A stretch of 64,000 bases of DNA from contig OZ176051.1 of NCBI GenBank assembly GCA_964247055.1, positions 3,224,001 through 3,288,000 on the forward strand. Direction: 5' to 3'. The translations under genes were made by a program, and so were the position numbers. Positions 62,019 to 64,000 of this stretch are shown here, piece by piece. Position 1 is the first letter of the stretch; each line of letters opens with the position of its first letter. Origin of the DNA: Paragordius varius (Eukaryota > Animalia > Nematomorpha). A model generated the notes under the pieces. That model did not search any database, was not told where the DNA came from, and saw only the letters and a list, made by a program, of their open reading frames with translations.

Positions 62019-64000
62019 CAACCTTAGCTTTCACCAAAAAATTTATAGAAAAAAATGTGCGCAAATTTTGCAATTGTTTGATACGGAGCACCTACCACAA
62101 AAATGTAAATAACTTTTTATACAATTAAGGGCCAAAACCAAAAGCACCATGATAATCCCGAGACATTTTCCAATCAGACTAATATATTTAAGCAGGTTAT
62201 TTTTTTGTGGACACCGTGTATAGATGAACAGTAAAAGTGGTTCTTTTTCAGTTTTATATTTACCTAAGGCATTGTTGATAAAATCTTTATTCCGGTTTAT
62301 CATTAAAATATCAAGTTTTTTTAAAATCTTTTTTATATTTCGGTAATTAATGAGTTTTGGGGAATTTATATACCAAAGGGTCATTTAAAATTATATTTAA
62401 ATAAATAATTTTTGCATTGAGCCAAATTTTTAAAATATGCTTTTTTTAGCCTTTTAAATTTAAAATTGTAAAGAAACCTCATATCGCAGCCATTTTTTTA
62501 TTTTTTTTATATCGCTAATCAACAGCAAATAAATGTATATGATAGAAAAATACAATTAATTATTGGAAAGCTGTCATATTACAATATACAAACAAATTTT
62601 TGATAATTAAATTATTTAATATCACCTGTATGCTCAATCGTATTTTGGAGCCACCATTGGAACTATAGAAGTTAGAAACTGTAATGCTATTTTTAGCTTA
62701 TACTTGAGAAGAGAGTTTTACAATTGAATTTTACAAAACAACTTTCAAAACAGTAGTTTGAAACTACCCCAAAATGTCATCGCGTACAAAAAAATAAATG
62801 ACATGGGTTATATATAATGCATTGAATGGCCCTTTAGGCGCAAATATTATGACCCCGAATCAATAATTCTAAAAATAAAATAAATCTTAATCAAAATCAA
62901 ATAGGTAGGCTAGGATGGAACGGACATAAAATGGATCGCACATTTAGATGATTCTGCATTACGAGGTCGAGACATTGCATAATTGAGGCCTGATAAACTT
63001 GGAGAAGCTGTGTTGCATTGATATTTATGAACCTTTTTGTCAGTAAAATATCTTAGTTGATTTCACCACATTATTATATATTTCCACTATTTGGTCTTTT
63101 CTGTGACCAAAAATATTGAGTTAAAAAAGTTAATAGTTATCCTTTAAATATAACACCTGGATTCGGAAAGGCAAGCGGAGGCAACCTACAGTGGGGTGTC
63201 GTTTGGTGGTGTTAGAACTTCGAGCCAATAAGTTTATCCGAAGCGGTTTCCTCCCTTGTGTTTAGGCTCGTTAGTGCTTGATATGTTTTAAGAGCTTTTG
63301 TACACATAATTTCATACCGTTAAATCCTCAATGTTTCTGTGAATAGCTTAAAAGCATAATATGGCTTTTTATTTTTTTCATTTCATACCTAACTCTTACT
63401 TTGGTTCCGCTTAATTCCAACGTACTGTTAAAAACACTATTTAAACTTATTTATTAACGTTAAATGATATATATTTAATAAAAAGAATAATAATTAGAAT
63501 TGTCCATGAAATGGTTAATTAGAACATTTGTAGTAAATATTAATAATTATCGATATATTTATGAATTCCATTTATTGTGTGTTAAAAGTTCACAATAAGA
63601 TAATTAATATAAAATGGTCATGCATTGTTTGGTAACAACTACCGTCTAAACATTTGTGTTATTGAATATTCAATTTTTTCTGGATATTTTTTCTGCATTC
63701 GAATGCAAGTATTCAAGAGCCGTTGAATAGATTGAGTAACTTCACACTGTTTATCACCCATGTTAATATATGATGAAGCGGTTTGGGATTTTAACCATTC
63801 TGTATTTTTTAAAAGCAATAAATACTTATATCATTATTTTCAATTAGACACTCAAACTAGTCATTTATGATAAAATTTCACCTATTTTTTAAAATTGATT
63901 TATATCATTCGGTTGAAAGATGCAGTATAGCAAATACTAAAATAATAAATAATGGTTAAACTAAACATTAATCCAGTTTTTTTTCCTAAAAGCTAAATCA

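Noticed and set aside
63150-63270. Possible Tc1-like transposase relic (TWIRKGKR...) and a LINE relic RLGWNGH at about 62900
   Set aside because: Too short and too weak to support by eye.

Overview
Very AT-rich, transposon-dense eukaryotic (probably animal) genomic DNA. Two spliced housekeeping genes lie on the minus strand, and the ORF track largely misses them. The first is the 5' part of DIS3/RRP44 (4 exons, 6571 to 2421, continuing past the window start). The second is a complete 8-exon, 350-aa CTU2/NCS2-like gene (48072 to 37323), rebuilt by hand. Both genes combine 21-24-nt GT-AG micro-introns near their 5' ends with 0.5-8 kb introns further 3', the longest of which are packed with transposons. 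The rest of the window is mobile DNA. It includes a near-complete Ty3/Gypsy LTR element (49477-56136; 337-bp LTRs, 5-bp TSD) interrupted by a 2.17-kb TA-flanked foldback element. A second, decayed Gypsy sits in a nested stack with hAT and Helitron insertions. There are several hAT elements (four with 8-bp TSDs), a piggyBac-like relic, Helitron relics, an RTE LINE fragment, a roughly 1-kb non-autonomous TIR family present in about 9 copies, MITEs and several kb-scale palindromic foldback elements. All protein assignments come from motifs recognised by eye; no database search was run.
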